Source of the DNA: Fermentimonas sp.
Lineage (GTDB): Bacteria; Bacteroidota; Bacteroidia; Bacteroidales; Dysgonomonadaceae
Length of the DNA stretch: 64,000 nucleotides
Assembly: GCA_041859795.1 (NCBI GenBank)
Contig: JBFLFV010000010.1
Location: 19,648-83,647 of the forward strand
Direction of reading: 5' to 3'
Under the pieces are notes generated by a model, which was given only the letters and a program-made list of their open reading frames with translations, was not told the DNA's origin and searched no databases. The number at the start of each line of letters is the position of its first letter. Within the stretch, counting starts at the first letter, position 1. Below are positions 61,230 to 64,000 of the stretch, piece by piece. Position numbers and translations under genes: made by a program.

Positions 61230-62981
61230 ATGAAAAAGAAAATATCCTTTAAAAGACGTATTCTGATTAATTTTTCTGTTGTAATTGCCTTGTTCACAGT
61301 GGGGCTTATTCTCTTTGAACAGGCCCAGATAAAAAATGAGCGCACTAACAGCTTAGAACGTATGCTTGAGAACAATGCTGATATTTTACATGCATTCATT
61401 GAGGAAAACAATTTATCACCTCAGGATGATACAGCAAAGGTTGAGCAGGCATTAAATTATATGAAGCCTGAGCTGCGCCTTACAATAATTAACTGGCAAG
61501 GAGATGTATTATATGATAATATTCTTGACGAAAGCTCCATGGAAAACCATATGCAGCGACCAGAAATTCAAAAAGCTGTAGGGTTTGGAGAAGGCTCCAA
61601 TATTCGTTTATCAAATAGTAACAATATAGAATATCTCTATTATGTCAAGGAGTATAAAGAGGGATATTTTATTCGTATGGCCCTCCCTTATGATGTTCAG
61701 CTAGAGTCTTTCATAAATTCAGAAAATAGCTTTGTATATTTTATACTCTTCTTTTTTATTGTTTGTGTTTTGATGATGCTCTACTTCACAAATAGATTTA
61801 CCAAATCTATCAGAGAACTAAGAGAGTTCTCGTTAAGCCTTAAGCAGGGAAAACAAATTCCAGATGATTTTCAATTTGCCGATAGCGAAGTAGGGGAGGT
61901 AAGTGCTGATATTGTGGAAAACTATAATCTGCTTCAAGATAACAGAAGAAAACTCGCTGCAGAACGCGAAAAACTGTTACAACACTTTCACTACTCAGAA
62001 GAAGGAATAGCAATATTCTCAGAAGATCGTAAAAAAATATATAATAACTCACATTTTCTGCAATATTTAAATATAATTCTTGATAAACCCACACTTGAGG
62101 TAGAAAATATTTTTAATAATTCGATTTTCAATAATTTAAATGATTTTCTGGATAATGAAAATCGCAAAGGAAACTTATACACTCAGAGATTCGAAAAAAG
62201 CGGAAAACTGTTTAATGTCAGACTTATAATTTTTGATGATAAATTTTTTGAGCTATACATAAGTGATATAACTAAATCAGAGAAAACACGTCTCCTTAAA
62301 CAGGAGATGACAAACAATATTGCTCATGAACTGCGTACTCCTGTAACAAGTATCCGTGGATATCTTGAAACTATGATAAATATGAATGAAAGTGAAGAAA
62401 ACTGTGATAACATTCATAATTTCCTTGACAGGGCATATACACAAGTAATTCGACTATCGGAGCTAATACAGGACATAAGTATGTTAACCAAGATAGAAGA
62501 GGCATCCGATAGATTTGAACTTGAGCCTGTTCGCATCAAAGAGATACTTACTGAGCTTAAAACTGAACTTAACGATGCGCTAATAGAAAAAAGAGACAAT
62601 TTTATTATTGATGTAAAAGACAATGTAATAATACATGGTAGTCGCACTCTCCTTTACTCAATATTCAGAAATTTAATAGAAAACTCACTTTCATATGCGG
62701 GTGAAAATGTTGAAATAGTAGTACGTTGCCATAGTGAAAACGAGGAAGCTTTTTACTTTGAGTTTTATGATAATGGAACTGGAATAGAAGAGAAACATCT
62801 TGCACGAATATTTGAACGTTTCTATAGAATTAATGAGGGTCGCACGCGTAACAGCGGCGGTTCCGGGTTGGGGCTATCTATTGTAAAGAATGCAGTACTG
62901 TTTCATAATGGTAGTATAATGGCAAAAAACCGTTCAGAAGGTGGGCTGATTTTTTTAATAACTTTTCCTAAAAACAGATAA
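61230..62981 (+). CDS. Sensor histidine kinase (PhoR-like)
   Basis: [44 protein letters not shown]. Confidence 0.92.
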   Translation: MKKKISFKRRILINFSVVIALFTVGLILFEQAQIKNERTNSLERMLENNADILHAFIEENNLSPQDDTAKVEQALNYMKPELRLTIINWQGDVLYDNILDESSMENHMQRPEIQKAVGFGEGSNIRLSNSNNIEYLYYVKEYKEGYFIRMALPYDVQLESFINSENSFVYFILFFFIVCVLMMLYFTNRFTKSIRELREFSLSLKQGKQIPDDFQFADSEVGEVSADIVENYNLLQDNRRKLAAEREKLLQHFHYSEEGIAIFSEDRKKIYNNSHFLQYLNIILDKPTLEVENIFNNSIFNNLNDFLDNENRKGNLYTQRFEKSGKLFNVRLIIFDDKFFELYISDITKSEKTRLLKQEMTNNIAHELRTPVTSIRGYLETMINMNESEENCDNIHNFLDRAYTQVIRLSELIQDISMLTKIEEASDRFELEPVRIKEILTELKTELNDALIEKRDNFIIDVKDNVIIHGSRTLLYSIFRNLIENSLSYAGENVEIVVRCHSENEEAFYFEFYDNGTGIEEKHLARIFERFYRINEGRTRNSGGSGLGLSIVKNAVLFHNGSIMAKNRSEGGLIFLITFPKNR

Positions 62982-62982
62982 T

Positions 62983-63828
62983 ATGAAGTATGTAGGAGCA
63001 CATGTAAGTGCATCTGGTGGTGTAGAAAATGCTCCGTTAAATGCAAATAAGATTGGAGCAAAAGCATTTGCTTTTTTCACTAAAAATCAACGTCAGTGGT
63101 TTGCCTCTCCTTATAAAGAGGAAAATATAGTGAAATTCAAAGCACGATGTGAAGAATTTGGATACTTACCCGATCACATTTTACCACACAGTAGTTACTT
63201 GATAAATTTAGGCAATCCCACAGAAGAGGGAATTGATAAATCACGTCAAGCCTTCTTTGATGAGATGCAACGATGCGAACAACTTGGTATAAATAGATTA
63301 AACTTTCATCCCGGTAGTCATCTAAACGAAATTTCAATAGATGATTGTCTTTCAAGAATTGCTGAATCAATCAATATGGCTCTCGACAGAACCACGCATG
63401 TATGTGCAGTTCTCGAAAATACTGCCGGTCAGGGTACTAATCTTGGCCATACATTTGACCAACTAGCATTTATTATAGATAAGGTAGAAGATAAGAGCAG
63501 GGTAGGTGTTTGCCTTGATACTGCTCACACACTTGCAGCCGGATATGAAATTCGTACACGAGAAACATATGACGAAACCTTTAATAAATTTGAAGAAATA
63601 GTTGGTTTCAAGTACTTAAAAGGTATGCATATTAACGACTCAAAGAAAGAGCTCGCAACACGTGTCGATCGGCATGATAGTCTTGGTAAGGGATTAATGA
63701 ACATGGATCTATTTACTTTTATTATGAATGACCCCCGATTTGATAATATGCCACTTGTTCTTGAAACACCCGACGAGTCACTTTGGGAAGAAGAAATTAA
63801 ATTACTCTACTCGTTACAAAATTTATAG
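62983..63828 (+). CDS. nfo: Endonuclease IV
   Basis: [43 protein letters not shown]. Confidence 0.97.
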   Translation: MKYVGAHVSASGGVENAPLNANKIGAKAFAFFTKNQRQWFASPYKEENIVKFKARCEEFGYLPDHILPHSSYLINLGNPTEEGIDKSRQAFFDEMQRCEQLGINRLNFHPGSHLNEISIDDCLSRIAESINMALDRTTHVCAVLENTAGQGTNLGHTFDQLAFIIDKVEDKSRVGVCLDTAHTLAAGYEIRTRETYDETFNKFEEIVGFKYLKGMHINDSKKELATRVDRHDSLGKGLMNMDLFTFIMNDPRFDNMPLVLETPDESLWEEEIKLLYSLQNL

Positions 63829-63840
63829 ACACACATTAGA

Positions 63841-63877
63841 ATATTTATTGAACAAAAATTCTTTGTTCAATAAATAT
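63841..63877. repeat. Perfect 16-bp inverted repeat (5-nt loop)
   Basis: ATATTTATTGAACAAA-AATTC-TTTGTTCAATAAATAT. Confidence 0.85.
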
Positions 63878-63925
63878 GACTAGTTCCAACTAACCGCTAC
63901 AGGTTTTACAAAACTAGTTATTTCT

Positions 63926-63963
63926 ATCCATAAGTTTGAAGATTAACCTTCAAACTTATGGAT
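63926..63963. repeat. Perfect 16-bp inverted repeat (6-nt loop)
   Basis: ATCCATAAGTTTGAAG-ATTAAC-CTTCAAACTTATGGAT. Confidence 0.85.
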
Positions 63964-64000
63964 TTCTTTTTATAGGTACGATAGGCAAACTCAGATTAGC

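Noticed and set aside
206-63370. Numerous short ORFs antisense to or overlapping assigned genes (for example 206-466, 1885-2220, 25833-26204, 48657-49151, 55226-55684)
   Set aside because: They are shadows of well-supported genes on the opposite strand or frame and contain no motifs.

Overview
Bacteroidales chromosomal segment (TAnnTTTG promoters and gene set; Dysgonomonadaceae/Porphyromonadaceae-like by inference). A housekeeping backbone (pgm, C69 dipeptidase, ftsB, two-component pair, xerD, dnaN, exonuclease, truA | rho, etfBA-acyl-CoA dehydrogenase, ECF sigma, sbcCD, lolE-like, GH16-like, queFC, pstSCAB-phoU-phoBR, nfo) is interrupted right after the truA stop codon by a 23.4-kb segment (11916-35346). 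The segment is bounded by two directly oriented IS66 isoforms and flanked by one 8-bp target duplication (AATATATA), i.e. an apparent composite transposon. The left IS66 carries a nested IS21, which carries a nested ISL3. The cargo is a minus-strand cluster: two WYL regulators with palindromic operator candidates, an AAA+ ATPase preceded by a long structured leader with a boxA-like motif, a decayed AAA paralog, a tandem zinc-finger microprotein, a UDG-fold-like protein, a DEDDh exonuclease, a metallophosphoesterase, small hypothetical genes and an IS-fragmented DUF262-like gene. This WYL-linked cluster is the best candidate for an undescribed nucleic-acid-stress or defence system. IS1182 and IS256 lie further right, along with a likely preQ1-I riboswitch before queC and Pho-box-like repeats before pstS. 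All calls come from reading the sequence and translations; no database searches were run.
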